In this document: piece by piece, positions 27,507 through 37,756 of the stretch
Position numbering within the stretch: position 1 is the first letter of the stretch
Layout of the letters: each line of letters begins with the position of its first letter
NCBI GenBank assembly: GCA_031459615.1
Contig: JAVKIE010000012.1
Location: 1,405 to 65,404 of the forward strand
Length of the DNA: 64,000 nt
Source of the DNA: Candidatus Calidihabitans tengchongensis
GTDB lineage: Bacteria > Sysuimicrobiota > Sysuimicrobiia > Sysuimicrobiales > Kaftiobacteriaceae
Direction of reading: 5' to 3'
The notes under the pieces: generated by a model
What the model was told of the DNA's origin: nothing
Database searches by the model: none
The model's input: the letters and a program-made list of their open reading frames with translations, nothing else
Program-made: the position numbers and the translations under genes

Positions 27507-28400
27507 TCAAAGGGTGATCATGGTGCCGACCCCCTGCTCGGTGAACAGTTCGACCAGCAGCCCGTGGGGCTGGCGGCCGTCGATGATGTGGGCGGACGGC
27601 ACCCCCGCCTCCAGGGCGGTCAGGCACGCTTCCACCTTGGGGATCATCCCCCGGGAGATGACGCCCTCGGCCACCAGTGCGCGCACCTGGGCGGCGGTGG
27701 CGGTGGAGAGCACCTCCGCCTGCGGCGGCTGGCCGGTGAGGATGCCGGGGACGTCGGTGAGCACGATGAACTTGCCGGCGCCCAGCGCTCCCGCCAGCGC
27801 CGCCGCCGCGTGGTCGGCGTTGAGGTTGTAGGTGCGGCCGTCCCGCCCCCATCCCACCGATGCCACCACGGGGATGAATCCGTGCTCGGCCAGCACCCGC
27901 ACCACCGTGGGGTCCACCTCCTCCACCTCGCCCACCAGGCCCAGGTCCTCCGGCCCGGCCAGAGGCCGGGCCCGCAGCAGCCCGCCGTCCTTGCCGCTCA
28001 GGCCCACCGCCCGCCCGCCGGCGGCCGCCAGGCGCGCCACCAGGGCCTTGTTCGCCCGTCCGGCCAGGACCATCTCCACCACGTCCATGGTCTCCTGGTC
28101 GGTGACCCGCAGCCCGTTGACGAACCGGCTGGGCTTGCCCAGGCGGTCCAGCATCCGGGTGATCTCCGGCCCGCCGCCGTGGACCAGGACCGGGCGGACG
28201 CCCGCCCCCTGGAGCAGCACCAGGTCCTCGGCCAGGGTGTCGGCGGGCTCGCCGTCCATGATGCTGCCGCCGTACTTCACCACCACGGTGCGGGAGGCCC
28301 ACGCCCGCACGTAGCGCAGGGCCTGGGCGAGGGAAGCGCCCGGGTCGGAGCCGGTCCGCGCCCGGGCATCGGCCGCGGGGGAGGCGTCGGAGCGTCTCAT
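27507..28400 (-). CDS. argB: acetylglutamate kinase
   Basis: [20 protein letters not shown] and [11 protein letters not shown] motifs. Confidence 0.93.
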   Translation of the reverse strand: MRRSDASPAADARARTGSDPGASLAQALRYVRAWASRTVVVKYGGSIMDGEPADTLAEDLVLLQGAGVRPVLVHGGGPEITRMLDRLGKPSRFVNGLRVTDQETMDVVEMVLAGRANKALVARLAAAGGRAVGLSGKDGGLLRARPLAGPEDLGLVGEVEEVDPTVVRVLAEHGFIPVVASVGWGRDGRTYNLNADHAAAALAGALGAGKFIVLTDVPGILTGQPPQAEVLSTATAAQVRALVAEGVISRGMIPKVEACLTALEAGVPSAHIIDGRQPHGLLVELFTEQGVGTMITL

Positions 28401-29620
28401 CAGCTCATGTATCCGGCGTTGGTCTTCACGTAGGCCTCGGTGAGGTCAGAAAACCACCCCGACCACGCCCCGTGTCCCAGGCGCAGGTCCACCACGATCT
28501 CCACCTCGGGGCGCCGCATGTCCGCCGCCACGGCGTCCAGGTCCGCCCCCGCGGCGGCGCCGCCCCGGGCCACCAGGTGGCCGGCGATCCAGACGTCGAA
28601 GCGGTCGGGATCCACCTCCGCCCCCGACCGGCCGGCGGCGGCGACAATCCGGCCCCAGTTGGGCTCCGGACCCGCCAGCGCCGTCTTCACCAGGGGGGAG
28701 GTCATCACCGCCTCCGCCACGCGGCGCGCGTCGTCGGCCGAACGGGCTCCCCGCACCACGAGCCTCCCGATCCGTCCGGTGCCCTCCCCGTCCCGCACCA
28801 CCATCAGGGCGAGCTCCCGGGCCACCGCGTCCAGGGCGGCCTGGAAGGCCGCCAGCCCCTCGCTGTCCTCGTCCAGGGGCGGGTTCCCGGCCATCCCGCT
28901 GGCCAGGCAGAACAGGGAGTCGTTGGTGCTGGTGTCGCCGTCCACCGAGATGCGGTTGAACGAACCGTCGGCGGCCTCGCGCAGGGCGCGCTGCAGCGCC
29001 GGCGGGGTCACCGCCGCGTCGGTGGTGATCACCCCCAGGGTCGTGGCCATGCGCGGGTGGATCATCCCCGCCCCCTTGGCCATCCCGCCCACGGTCACCG
29101 CGACCCCGCCGACCTCCACCCGGGCGGCCGCGGTCTTGGGGAAGGCGTCGGTGGTGAGGATCGCCCGCGCGGCGTCGTCGCCTCCGTCAGGCCGCAGGGC
29201 CCGCACCGCCTGCGGAATGCCCCGTCGGAGCGCCTCCATGGGCAGCGGAACCCCGATGACCCCGGTGCTGGCCACCAGCACCTCCTCCTCGGAGGCGCCC
29301 AGCCCGGCCGCCACCAGGGCGGCCATCTCCCGGGCGTCGGCCAGGCCCCGGGGGCCGGTGCAGGCGTTGGCGTTGCCGCTGTTGATCACCACGGCCCGCG
29401 CCCGCCCCGAGCGGATGCGCTGCTGGCTCAGCAGGACGGGCGCCGCCTTCACCCGGTTGGTGGTGAACACCGCCGCGGCCGTGGCCGGGCGCTCGCAGAC
29501 CACCAGGGCCAGGTCCGGGCGGGACGCTTTGATGCCGCAGTGGACGCCCGACGCCAGAAATCCCCGGGGCGAGGTGACTCCGCCCGCCTGCAGGGAGACG
29601 ACAGACGCGTGCACCGCCAT
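28400..29620 (-). CDS. argJ: bifunctional ornithine acetyltransferase / N-acetylglutamate synthase
   Basis: VTSPRGFLASGVHCGIK and the autoprocessing site region MATTLGVITTDA. Confidence 0.93.
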   Translation of the reverse strand: MAVHASVVSLQAGGVTSPRGFLASGVHCGIKASRPDLALVVCERPATAAAVFTTNRVKAAPVLLSQQRIRSGRARAVVINSGNANACTGPRGLADAREMAALVAAGLGASEEEVLVASTGVIGVPLPMEALRRGIPQAVRALRPDGGDDAARAILTTDAFPKTAAARVEVGGVAVTVGGMAKGAGMIHPRMATTLGVITTDAAVTPPALQRALREAADGSFNRISVDGDTSTNDSLFCLASGMAGNPPLDEDSEGLAAFQAALDAVARELALMVVRDGEGTGRIGRLVVRGARSADDARRVAEAVMTSPLVKTALAGPEPNWGRIVAAAGRSGAEVDPDRFDVWIAGHLVARGGAAAGADLDAVAADMRRPEVEIVVDLRLGHGAWSGWFSDLTEAYVKTNAGYMS

Positions 29621-29641
29621 CGCGCACCCTCCACCGACGCG

Positions 29642-30679
29642 TCAGGGAAACAGTCCCGGGGTCTCCAGCCCCAGAGTGTCGGGCCACCCCAGCATGACGT
29701 TCATGTTCTGCACGGCCTGGCCGCTGGCGCCCTTGCCCAGGTTGTCCAGCGCCGCCAGGGCCACGGCCACGCCCGCCCGCCGGTCCACCCGCACCGCCAC
29801 GTCGCAGAAGTTGCTGCCGGTGGTGGCCTTGGTCTGGGGCAGGCCGTCGGCCAGCACCCGCACGAAGGGCTCCCCGGCATACGCCTCCTGCAACACCGCG
29901 GTGGCCGCCTCGGTGGTGAGGTCCGACGCCAGCGGCAGATAGGCCGTCACCAGAATTCCCCGGGTCATGGGGATCAGGTGCGGGGTGAAGGCCACCGTCA
30001 CCGCGTGCCCGGCGCAGGCCAGAAGTTCCTGCTCGATCTCGGGGGTGTGCCGGTGTCCAGTCACCTGATAGGGCCGGACGTTCTCGTTGACCTCGCTGAA
30101 GTGCGTCTCCAGGGACGCGCTGCGCCCCGCCCCCGACACGCCGGACTTGGCGTCGATCACGATGCCGCGCGGAGCCACCACACCCGCCTGCAGCAGGGGG
30201 ACCACCGCCAGCAGGGCCGCGGTGGGATAGCATCCCGGATTGCCCACGATCCGCGCGCGGCGGACCTCCGCCCGGTGGAACTCGGTGAGGCCGTAGGCCG
30301 CCTGCTCGAGCAGGTGCGGGCACCCGTGGGGCATCCGGTAGGTCTGCTCGTAGACCTGCGGGTCCCGAAACCGGAAGTCCGCGCCGAGATCGATGACCCG
30401 CGCGCGCTCCACCAGCGCCGGCGCCAGGGCCATGGCGCGCCCCGGCGGCACGGCCAGGAAGACCACGTCCGAGTCGGCGGCGATGCGGGCCGCATCCGCC
30501 GGCTCGGTGACGGCGTCGGTGAATCCCCGCAGGTGGGGATGCAGTCCGGCCAGGGGCTCGCCGGCCCGGGTGTCCGCGGCCACATGGGTGAGCCGCACCC
30601 GGGGATGCCCCACCAGCAGCCGGGCCAGCTCTCCCCCGCCGTATCCCGATGCGCCGATGATGCTCACCCGGACCGCCAT
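29642..30679 (-). CDS. argC: N-acetyl-gamma-glutamyl-phosphate reductase
   Basis: MAVRVSIIGASGYGGGELARLL and the active-site region GNPGCYPTAALLA. ATG at 30679 (M24 of the track ORF) follows GGAGGGG. Confidence 0.93.
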   Translation of the reverse strand: MAVRVSIIGASGYGGGELARLLVGHPRVRLTHVAADTRAGEPLAGLHPHLRGFTDAVTEPADAARIAADSDVVFLAVPPGRAMALAPALVERARVIDLGADFRFRDPQVYEQTYRMPHGCPHLLEQAAYGLTEFHRAEVRRARIVGNPGCYPTAALLAVVPLLQAGVVAPRGIVIDAKSGVSGAGRSASLETHFSEVNENVRPYQVTGHRHTPEIEQELLACAGHAVTVAFTPHLIPMTRGILVTAYLPLASDLTTEAATAVLQEAYAGEPFVRVLADGLPQTKATTGSNFCDVAVRVDRRAGVAVALAALDNLGKGASGQAVQNMNVMLGWPDTLGLETPGLFP

Positions 30680-30713
30680 GGCCCCTCCGCCCGCGCGCGG
30701 CGCGGTGCGAAAA

Positions 30714-30742
30714 ATCATACCAGCCTCTGCATGAACATGCAA
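30714..30742 (-). promoter_or_regulatory. sigma-A type promoter of the arg operon overlapped by a palindromic ARG-box-like operator
   Basis: The minus strand reads TTGCAT-17 nt-TATGAT (-35 at 30737-30742, -10 at 30714-30719). The 14-bp palindrome TGCATGTTCATGCA (30728-30741) covers the -35 and spacer. Confidence 0.65.
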
Positions 30743-30770
30743 GGGCAACCGGCGGGTCCGGGCGGGCGCC

Positions 30771-31532
30771 CTAGGGCCCCGGCGGGACGGCGGACCGGCG
30801 CAGGACCAGCTCGTACAGGAGCATAGCCACCGCCGCCAGCCCGGCGGTCTCGGCGCGCAGGATCAGCGGTCCCAGGGTGACGGTCAGCGCGCCCTGGGCC
30901 CGCGCCTCCTCCACCTCGGCCGCGGTCAGGCCGCCTTCCGGCCCCACCACCAGCGCCACCCGCCGGGGCGATGCGTCCCGGAGGGCGTCGGCCAGGGTGC
31001 GGCGGGTCTCCCCTTCCCACAGGACCAATCGGAGGTCGCAGGAAGCGATGCGCGCCAGGGCCGGGGCCAACGACATCGGCGGATGGACCGCCGGCACGTC
31101 GCTGCGGCGGCACTGCTGGGCCGCCTCGCGGGCGATGCGCCGCCAGCGGTCCACCCGCCCCTCCGCCCGCGGGACGGCGCGGGCCGCGAGGAGGGGGATG
31201 AACTCCGCCACTCCCAGCTCCGTGCCGGCCCGCACCACCGCGTCCATCTTGGCGCCCCGGGGTACGCCCTGAACCAGCACCACGGTCAGGGGCGGCGTGC
31301 GCCCGGTCCGCACCTCCACCACCCGGCCCGTCACCTGCGCGGGGGTGACGGTGAGCAGTTCCACGACCCGGTCCACGCCGCTGCCGTCAAACGCCACCAC
31401 CCGGTCGCCGGGGCGCAGGCGGAGGACCGTCGCGATGTGGCGGGCCTGCTCCCGGGCAAAGTTCACGCGATCCCCGGCCACCCGGTCCGCGGGCACGAAG
31501 AACCGCCGCGCCGGCGCGTCGCGCTCCGTCAC
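30771..31532 (-). CDS. rsmE: 16S rRNA (uracil1498-N3)-methyltransferase RsmE
   Basis: 253 aa. RFFVPADRV...ARHIATVLRLRPGD (PUA-like N-terminus) and a C-terminal SPOUT region (VVGPEGGLTAAEVE...VTLGPLILRAETA). Confidence 0.88.
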   Translation of the reverse strand: MTERDAPARRFFVPADRVAGDRVNFAREQARHIATVLRLRPGDRVVAFDGSGVDRVVELLTVTPAQVTGRVVEVRTGRTPPLTVVLVQGVPRGAKMDAVVRAGTELGVAEFIPLLAARAVPRAEGRVDRWRRIAREAAQQCRRSDVPAVHPPMSLAPALARIASCDLRLVLWEGETRRTLADALRDASPRRVALVVGPEGGLTAAEVEEARAQGALTVTLGPLILRAETAGLAAVAMLLYELVLRRSAVPPGP

Positions 31533-31542
31533 GGCCGTCTCC

Positions 31543-32421
31543 TCACCCGGAGTCCGCGCGGGCGAGGACCAGGCACCGCCACTCCTCCTCGGCGCGGCGC
31601 TCCACCACGGTCCACCCGCAGGCCCGGGCCACCGCCTCCACCTCCAGGCACCGGTCGGCGCCGATGCCGGCGGCCGCCAGGCGGCCGCCGGGGCGCAGGT
31701 GCGCGGCGGCCTCGGCCACGAACTCCAGGTGCAGGTCCGCGGTGAGGTTGGCCACGATCAGGTCGCCCTGCTCGGGCACGTCGCGCAGGAACGTTCCCAC
31801 GCGCACCTCGACCCGGTCGGCCACGCCGTTGTGGACCACGTTGCGGGTGGCCACCTCCACCGCCACCGGGTCCACGTCCACCGCCACCACCCGGGCCGCC
31901 CCCAGGCGGGCGGCGGCGATGGCCAGGATCCCCGATCCGGTCCCGACGTCCAGGACGACCTCCCCGCCCCGCAGGCAGTCTTCCAGCACCTCCAGGCACT
32001 GGCGGGTGGACGGGTGCAGGCCCGTGCCGAACGCCATCCCCGGGTCGAGGCTCACCACGACCCGCCCCGGAGGCGGCGGCTCCGCCTCCCAGGTCGGAGT
32101 GATCCACAGGGTGCGCCCCACGGGCCGCGGCCGCACGTAGCGCTTCCAGGCGTGCGCCCACCCCTCGTCCTCGACGACGCGGGTGCGGATGCGGCCGGGG
32201 CCGATATCCAGCCCCACCCGGGGCAGGGCCCGGACGCGCCGGGCGATGGCCCGCAGGGTCACGTCGGTGGCCGGCCCGACCGGCAGGTACGCCCGCAGCA
32301 CGACCTGGCCGGAGCGGGGCGTCTCCTCCTGGACGCCTCCCACGCGGGTTTCCAGCAGGATGTTGGCCACCGCCTCGGCGGCCTGGGGGGTCGTGGTGAT
32401 GGCGATCTCTACCCACCGCAT
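31543..32421 (-). CDS. prmA: ribosomal protein L11 methyltransferase
   Basis: MRWVEIAITTTPQAAEAVANIL and the SAM motif VLDVGTGSGILAIAAARLGA. Confidence 0.9.
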   Translation of the reverse strand: MRWVEIAITTTPQAAEAVANILLETRVGGVQEETPRSGQVVLRAYLPVGPATDVTLRAIARRVRALPRVGLDIGPGRIRTRVVEDEGWAHAWKRYVRPRPVGRTLWITPTWEAEPPPPGRVVVSLDPGMAFGTGLHPSTRQCLEVLEDCLRGGEVVLDVGTGSGILAIAAARLGAARVVAVDVDPVAVEVATRNVVHNGVADRVEVRVGTFLRDVPEQGDLIVANLTADLHLEFVAEAAAHLRPGGRLAAAGIGADRCLEVEAVARACGWTVVERRAEEEWRCLVLARADSG

Positions 32422-32506
32422 GGCGTGCGCCGCACCGCCGCTCAGGCGGATCCCCGGACGTCGCCCCCGGGCGCCTTACGTCCGGGGGCAGGCTGCCCCC
32501 GGGCGG

Positions 32507-33610
32507 CTACGAGAGCAGGTCGCGCACCCGGTCTGTGGCCTTGCGCCGGCCAGGCCGGCGCCCGCCGTGGCGCAGGGCCGCCGCCTGCCGCAGCAGCTCC
32601 CGCTCCTCGTCGGTGAGGTCCCGGGGGACCTGCACATCGAGGCGGACGTGCAGGTCTCCCCTTCCCCCGCGGGTGTCGGGCAGCCCCAGCCCCCGCAGGG
32701 TCAGCACCGTCCCCGGTTGCACTCCGGGAGGAATCGCATGGCGGCGGGGACCCTGCAGGGTGGGAATCTCCACCTCGTCGCCCAGCGCCGCCTGGTAGAT
32801 GGAAATCGGGACCGTGCAGTACAGGTCGCGCCCCCGGCGCTCGAACACCGGGTGGGGTCGCAGGTGGACCACCACGTACAGGTCTCCCCGGGGACCGCCG
32901 CGCGCTCCCGCCTCGCCTTCCCCCGGCACCCGCAACCGGGCGCCATCTTCCACCCCCGCCGGAATCGTGACGGTGACGGACCGGGTGGCCTCGGCGCGGC
33001 CGCGGCCGCGGCACTGCCGGCACGGGTGGCGCAGCACGGTGCCCTCCCCGCCGCAGGTGGGGCAGGTGTTGATCCGGGTGAAGGAGCCGAAGATGGTGCG
33101 CTGGGAGTAGGTCACCTGTCCCGACCCCCCGCAGGTGCGGCAGCGCTCCGGCGCCGATCCCCGTTCGGCGCCGGTCCCGAAGCAGGACGGACACGTGTCC
33201 AGCCGGCGGATCTCCAGGGTCTTGTCCACGCCGGAGGCCGCCTCCTCGAGGGTGATCTCCAGGTCGTAGCGCAGGTCCGCCCCGCGCTCGGGCCCCTGGC
33301 GGTCGGCCCGCACCCGGCGGCCGAAGAACATCTCGAACAGGTCCCCAAAGGGTTCAAACGGCCCGAACAGGTCCTCCGACGGGGCCGACGGCACCGGCTG
33401 CACGGTGCCATACCGGTCATACCGGGCCCGCCGCTCGGGGTCGCTGAGGACCTGGTAGGCCTCGTTGATCTCCTTGAACCGCTCGCTGGCCTGAGGATCA
33501 TCCTTGCGGACATCGGGGTGGTACTCCCGGGCCAGCCGCCGGAACGCCTGCTTGATCTCTTCCTGGGTGGCGTTGCGGTCGACCCCGAGGATCTCGTAGT
33601 AGTCCCGCAT
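32507..33610 (-). CDS. dnaJ: molecular chaperone DnaJ
   Basis: J-domain DYYEILGV...YHPD and four CxxCxGxG zinc motifs ([32 protein letters not shown]). Confidence 0.96.
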   Translation of the reverse strand: MRDYYEILGVDRNATQEEIKQAFRRLAREYHPDVRKDDPQASERFKEINEAYQVLSDPERRARYDRYGTVQPVPSAPSEDLFGPFEPFGDLFEMFFGRRVRADRQGPERGADLRYDLEITLEEAASGVDKTLEIRRLDTCPSCFGTGAERGSAPERCRTCGGSGQVTYSQRTIFGSFTRINTCPTCGGEGTVLRHPCRQCRGRGRAEATRSVTVTIPAGVEDGARLRVPGEGEAGARGGPRGDLYVVVHLRPHPVFERRGRDLYCTVPISIYQAALGDEVEIPTLQGPRRHAIPPGVQPGTVLTLRGLGLPDTRGGRGDLHVRLDVQVPRDLTDEERELLRQAAALRHGGRRPGRRKATDRVRDLLS

Positions 33611-33616
33611 CGCGGA

Positions 33617-34651
33617 TCAGCGCGCCTCGGCCAGCGCGTCGCTGACGCTGTCGGCCAGATACCGGACCAGGGCCACGACCCGGCCGTAGGGCATCCGCGT
33701 GGGCCCCACGATGCCCAGGGCGCCCGCGGGGCGCCCGCCCACGCGGTAGGCGGCCACCACCACGCTGCACCCGCGCAGCGCCTCCACCCGGTGCTCGCTG
33801 CCGATGGCGATCCACACCGGGCGCTCGGCGGCGTCCTCCAGGAGGCCCGCCACCACCTCTTCCTGTTCCAGCGCCCGCAGCACCGGCCGGGCGCGCCGGG
33901 CATCGCGGAACTCGGGCTGCGCCAGGATGTTGGCCGTGCCCTCGATGTGGATGCGCCGGGCCGCCGACGGCAGCCGGCGGAGCACCCGCTCCGCCAGCAG
34001 CCTGACCACCCGGTGCTGCCAGGCGACCTCGTCCACCACCTGCTGGAGGAGCGCGTCGGTGATCTCGCCCAGCGGATATCCCTGCAGGCGCTGGCTCACC
34101 GTGCGGGACGCCCGCTCCAGGCCGTCGGGATCCATCGGCTCCTGCAGGTCCAGCGCGCGCGCCTGGAGCACGCCGGCGTCGGTGACGATCACCGCCAGCA
34201 CCCGGGTGGCCTCCAGGGGGACGAAGTGGAGGTGGCGGAACGCCAGGCGCCGCGGGTGGGGATGGGACACCACCGAGGCGTACGGCACGAGGGCGGCCAG
34301 GGTCCGCGCGACCTCCTGGGGCACCCGCTCCCGTTCGGCCAGGGCGGCGGCCAGCCGGCGCCGCACCCAGTGACGCTGGGGGGCCGGCAGCCGCTCTTCC
34401 TCCAGCATGGAGTCCACGTACACCCGGTAGCCCCGCTCGGTGGGAATGCGGCCGGCGGAGGTGTGAGGCTGGGCCAGCAGGCCCATCTCTTCCAGGGCCG
34501 CCATCTCGTTGCGGATGGTGGCCGCGCTCACCCCCAGCCGGGCGCGGTGGGCCAGGGCCTCCGAGCCCACGGGCTCGGCGGTCTCCACGTACGTCTGGAT
34601 CACCGCCTGCAGGATGTCCCGCTTGCGCGCGTCCAGCCGCGGCATCGCCAC
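33617..34651 (-). CDS. hrcA: heat-inducible transcription repressor HrcA
   Basis: RKRDILQAVIQTYVETAEPVGSEALA...SAATIRNEMAALEEMGLL. GTG start. A CIRCE element lies upstream. Confidence 0.93.
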   Translation of the reverse strand: MAMPRLDARKRDILQAVIQTYVETAEPVGSEALAHRARLGVSAATIRNEMAALEEMGLLAQPHTSAGRIPTERGYRVYVDSMLEEERLPAPQRHWVRRRLAAALAERERVPQEVARTLAALVPYASVVSHPHPRRLAFRHLHFVPLEATRVLAVIVTDAGVLQARALDLQEPMDPDGLERASRTVSQRLQGYPLGEITDALLQQVVDEVAWQHRVVRLLAERVLRRLPSAARRIHIEGTANILAQPEFRDARRARPVLRALEQEEVVAGLLEDAAERPVWIAIGSEHRVEALRGCSVVVAAYRVGGRPAGALGIVGPTRMPYGRVVALVRYLADSVSDALAEAR

Positions 34652-34684
34652 AGGCCCCTCACCGTCCGGCCGCCACCGTCCGTC

Positions 34685-34711
34685 TTAGCACTCAATGTTC
34701 AAGAGTGCTAA
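34685..34711 (-). promoter_or_regulatory. CIRCE operator (HrcA binding site)
   Basis: Perfect TTAGCACTC-N9-GAGTGCTAA inverted repeat, 34 nt upstream of hrcA. Confidence 0.95.
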
Positions 34712-34723
34712 CCGGCCTCCCCC

Positions 34724-34753
34724 ACCATAGCACCCGCCGAAAAACAGTGTCAA
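34724..34753 (-). promoter_or_regulatory. sigma-A type promoter of the hrcA-dnaJ operon
   Basis: The minus strand reads TTGACA (34748-34753)-18 nt-TATGGT (34724-34729), immediately upstream of CIRCE. The -35 overlaps the murJ stop codon. Confidence 0.6.
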
Positions 34754-36342
34754 CGCAACCGGTCGCCCCCACCACCCGGCGCGGGACGGCCGCGCAGCAG
34801 AGCCACCACCAGACCCAGCTCGGCGACCCGCAGCACGCGGCACACGCCCACGTACGCCGCGAGCCCGCAGGCGGCGGCCAGGGCCGCGGCGCCGGCGGAG
34901 ACCGGACCCGAACTCCCCGCCGTGCCGGCCACGGGGACCATGACCCCGCCGCCGAGGGCGGCGGCCAGGGCGGCGCGCCCGGCGGTGGCCAGAATCCGCC
35001 GGCCGTCCAGCCTGCCCAGGTGCCCGCGCAACGCCGCCAGCATGAGGGCCAGGTTGACGACGGCCACCACCGATGTGGCCGCGGCGATGCCCACCACCCC
35101 CCACCACCGCATGAACACCACGTCCAGCACCGCGTTGAGGGCGATCATGGCGACCCCGGTGCGCACCGGCGTGGCCATGTCCTGCAGGGCGTACAGGGTG
35201 CGGGTGACCACATAGTAGCCGGCGATGGCGGGCAGGCCTACCGCGTATCCGGCCAGGGCCCCCGCCACCGCCTGCGTGGCGTGAGGCCCGAACTCTCCCC
35301 GCTGGAAGATAATCCGCACCAGGGGTTCGCGCAGGGCCACCGCCAGGGCCGCCACGGGAAGGATCACCACCATCAGGGACCGCAGGGCCAGCGAGAACGT
35401 GGCCCTCAGATCGGCGCGGTCGCCCGCGGCCGCGTGGCGGGCGAGAGCGGGGAAGGCCGCGGTGGCCACCGAGATGGCAAAGATCCCCGCCGGCGCCTGC
35501 ACGATCTCGTAGGCATAGTCCAGCGCCGCCACCGGGTGGACCGTCGGAGCGGCCGGCAGCAGGGACGCGAAGAACCGGTCCACGTAGGCGTTGACCTCCA
35601 CCACCGCCAGGCCCAGCATCGCCGGCACCGCCAGACGGGCCATCTCCCGGATCGCGGGGTGACGCAGGTCCATCCCGACCGGGCGCAACCCCAGCCGGCG
35701 GGCCGGCCACCACTGCACCAGCATCTGCGCCGCCGTCCCCAGCACCCAGCTGAGCGCCAGGCCCCGGATGCCCACGCGCGGCCCCAGCGTCAGGGTGCCG
35801 ACGATGATGACCCCGTTGAACACCAGCGGCGCCAGCGCGGGGGGCGCGAACCGCTGGTGGGCCTGCAGGAAGCCGGTGAGGTAGATGGCCAGCGCCAGGA
35901 AGAGCATGGCCACGAAGATGATCCGGGTCAGATCCACGGCCAGGTCCAGCAGCGCAGGCGCCCGGGCGAACCCCGGAGCGGCCAGCGCCACCAGGACCGG
36001 AGCCAGGGCCTGGCCGGCCACCGCCAGGGCCACGCCGCCCGCCGCCACCACGGTGAGGGTGATCCCCGCCACCCGCCGCGCCTCGGCCTCGTCCTGCGCC
36101 AGGAGCCGCGAGAGGGTGGGGATGAAGACGATGCTGAGGGTGCCGCCCAGCAGCAGTCTCTGGATGAAGAACGGCACCGAGTAGGCGACCACGTAGGCGG
36201 CCTTGGCGTCCGACGCCCCGAACAGCCACGCCGTCACCACCTCCCGCACCAACCCCAGGGCGCGGCTGACCACGGTGGCCCCGGCCATCAGGGATGCGGC
36301 CCGGACCAGGCGGACCGGAGCGGAGGGGGACGACGGGCTCAT
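34750..36342 (-). CDS. murJ: lipid II flippase MurJ (MviN family)
   Basis: 530 aa from M140 of the track ORF. SRALGLVREVVTAWLFGASDAKAAYVVAYSVPFFIQRLL is the MurJ N-terminal signature. About 14 TM segments. Confidence 0.88.
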   Translation of the reverse strand: MSPSSPSAPVRLVRAASLMAGATVVSRALGLVREVVTAWLFGASDAKAAYVVAYSVPFFIQRLLLGGTLSIVFIPTLSRLLAQDEAEARRVAGITLTVVAAGGVALAVAGQALAPVLVALAAPGFARAPALLDLAVDLTRIIFVAMLFLALAIYLTGFLQAHQRFAPPALAPLVFNGVIIVGTLTLGPRVGIRGLALSWVLGTAAQMLVQWWPARRLGLRPVGMDLRHPAIREMARLAVPAMLGLAVVEVNAYVDRFFASLLPAAPTVHPVAALDYAYEIVQAPAGIFAISVATAAFPALARHAAAGDRADLRATFSLALRSLMVVILPVAALAVALREPLVRIIFQRGEFGPHATQAVAGALAGYAVGLPAIAGYYVVTRTLYALQDMATPVRTGVAMIALNAVLDVVFMRWWGVVGIAAATSVVAVVNLALMLAALRGHLGRLDGRRILATAGRAALAAALGGGVMVPVAGTAGSSGPVSAGAAALAAACGLAAYVGVCRVLRVAELGLVVALLRGRPAPGGGGDRLR

Positions 36343-36380
36343 GGGACCGGCGCCGGCGGCCCGGCGACCGGACGGCGCCC

Positions 36381-36410
36381 TTGTGGGACGCGGCGGCGGT
36401 GTGGTAGGAT
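36381..36410 (+). promoter_or_regulatory. candidate promoter of rpsT
   Basis: TTGTGG-18 nt-TAGGAT, with TG one base upstream of the -10 (TGgTAGGAT). It lies about 38 nt upstream of the rpsT start. Confidence 0.4.
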
Positions 36411-36447
36411 ACGCCCCGGCTCGGCACCCACGATCGGGGAGGCAGCG

Positions 36448-36696
36448 GTGGCCAAGAGGCTGCGGTCGGGACTGAAACACCAGCGCAAGTCGGAAAAGCG
36501 CCGCCTGCGCAACCAGAGCGTGCGGACCCGGCTGAAGACGCTGACCAAGAAGGCGCTGGCCGATCCCCGCCTGCTGCCGCTGGTCCAGGCGGAGTTCGAT
36601 CGGGCGGCCCGCAAGGGCATCATCCACCCCAACAAGGCCGCCCGCAGGAAGTCGCGGCTGATGCGCCGCCTCGCGGCGGCCGCCGCCACCCCGTAA
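36448..36696 (+). CDS. rpsT: 30S ribosomal protein S20
   Basis: 82 aa. AKRLRSGLKHQRKSEKRRLRNQSVRTRLKTLTKKA. The GTG start follows GGGGAGG. Confidence 0.92.
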   Translation: MAKRLRSGLKHQRKSEKRRLRNQSVRTRLKTLTKKALADPRLLPLVQAEFDRAARKGIIHPNKAARRKSRLMRRLAAAAATP

Positions 36697-36733
36697 GGGC
36701 GGTCCACACGGCCCCGCTGCAACCCGTCTTCCC

Positions 36734-37756
36734 TCACCTCCGGTCCCGGGCAGCCGCATGCCGCCGGTGGCCGGGGAGCGGGTCCAGACACAGGCGGGCC
36801 ACGAGCATCTGCAGAGCCACGCGTCCCTGGCCCGTGGACTTGACGGCCCGGTCGGCGTCCTGCAGGCGGCCGAAGATCTCCGGAAACGCGGCCAGCGGGA
36901 AGTTCCGCGCCTGGGCGGCCAGGCGCCGGGCCACGAACGGGGGCACCCCCAGGGCCTCCGCCAGGGCCGCGCCCGGACGCCGGCGCGCCAGCAGGACGGC
37001 GGCCCGGTACAGCAGGCGGAACTGCCGGGCGATCATGAACAGGACGTAGGCCGGCGCCTCGTCCCGCACGATCTCCTCCAGAGCCGCCAGGGCCCGGTCG
37101 GCGGCCCGCTCGCCCACCGCGTCCACCAGGGCGAAGATGCTGGTGTCCGCCTGCCGGCTCACCACCGCGTCCACGTCGGCCCGGGTGATGCGGTCCCGCC
37201 CGGCGCAGGAGGCGAACAGCTTCTCCATCTCCAGGGACAGCTGCCGCAGGCCCGGGCCCGTGCGGGCGATCAGCAGGTCCGCCGCGTCCGGGTCCATGCG
37301 GAACCCGGCCGACCGGGCGCGGTCGGCGATCCAGGCTGGCAGTTCCCGGATGCTCAAGCGGGGGAACTCCTGGACGTGGCCCATCCTCCGGATGGTGCCG
37401 TACAGGCGGCGCCGCCGGTCCAGGCCCGCGGCCACCAGGATGAGGGCGGACGGAGGAGAGCCCCTGTCCAGGTAGGCCGCCAGGCGGTCCTGAGCCGGGA
37501 CAGGCCAGGCGTCCACGTCGCGGATCACCACCACCCGCCGCTGGCCGAAGAAGGGCAGCGTGTCCACCCGGGTGATGGCGTCGGCCACGTCCACCTCGTC
37601 CGCCCGCAGCATGTCCAGGTTCAGGGCGCGCTCCTCGGGCGGGATCAGCCGGTCCAGCAGGTCGCGCAGCGCCTGCTCGACCAACAGGTCCTCCTCCCCG
37701 TGGAGGAGGTAGACGTGGGCGGCCGCGCCGGCCGGCCGGTCAGGGTTCTGCGGCAT
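36734..37756 (-). CDS. holA: DNA polymerase III delta subunit
   Basis: 340 aa. VYLLHGEEDLLVEQAL...TLPFFGQRRVVVIRD matches the HolA N-terminal domain. It sits in the conserved position next to comEC and rpsT. Confidence 0.85.
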   Translation of the reverse strand: MPQNPDRPAGAAAHVYLLHGEEDLLVEQALRDLLDRLIPPEERALNLDMLRADEVDVADAITRVDTLPFFGQRRVVVIRDVDAWPVPAQDRLAAYLDRGSPPSALILVAAGLDRRRRLYGTIRRMGHVQEFPRLSIRELPAWIADRARSAGFRMDPDAADLLIARTGPGLRQLSLEMEKLFASCAGRDRITRADVDAVVSRQADTSIFALVDAVGERAADRALAALEEIVRDEAPAYVLFMIARQFRLLYRAAVLLARRRPGAALAEALGVPPFVARRLAAQARNFPLAAFPEIFGRLQDADRAVKSTGQGRVALQMLVARLCLDPLPGHRRHAAARDRR

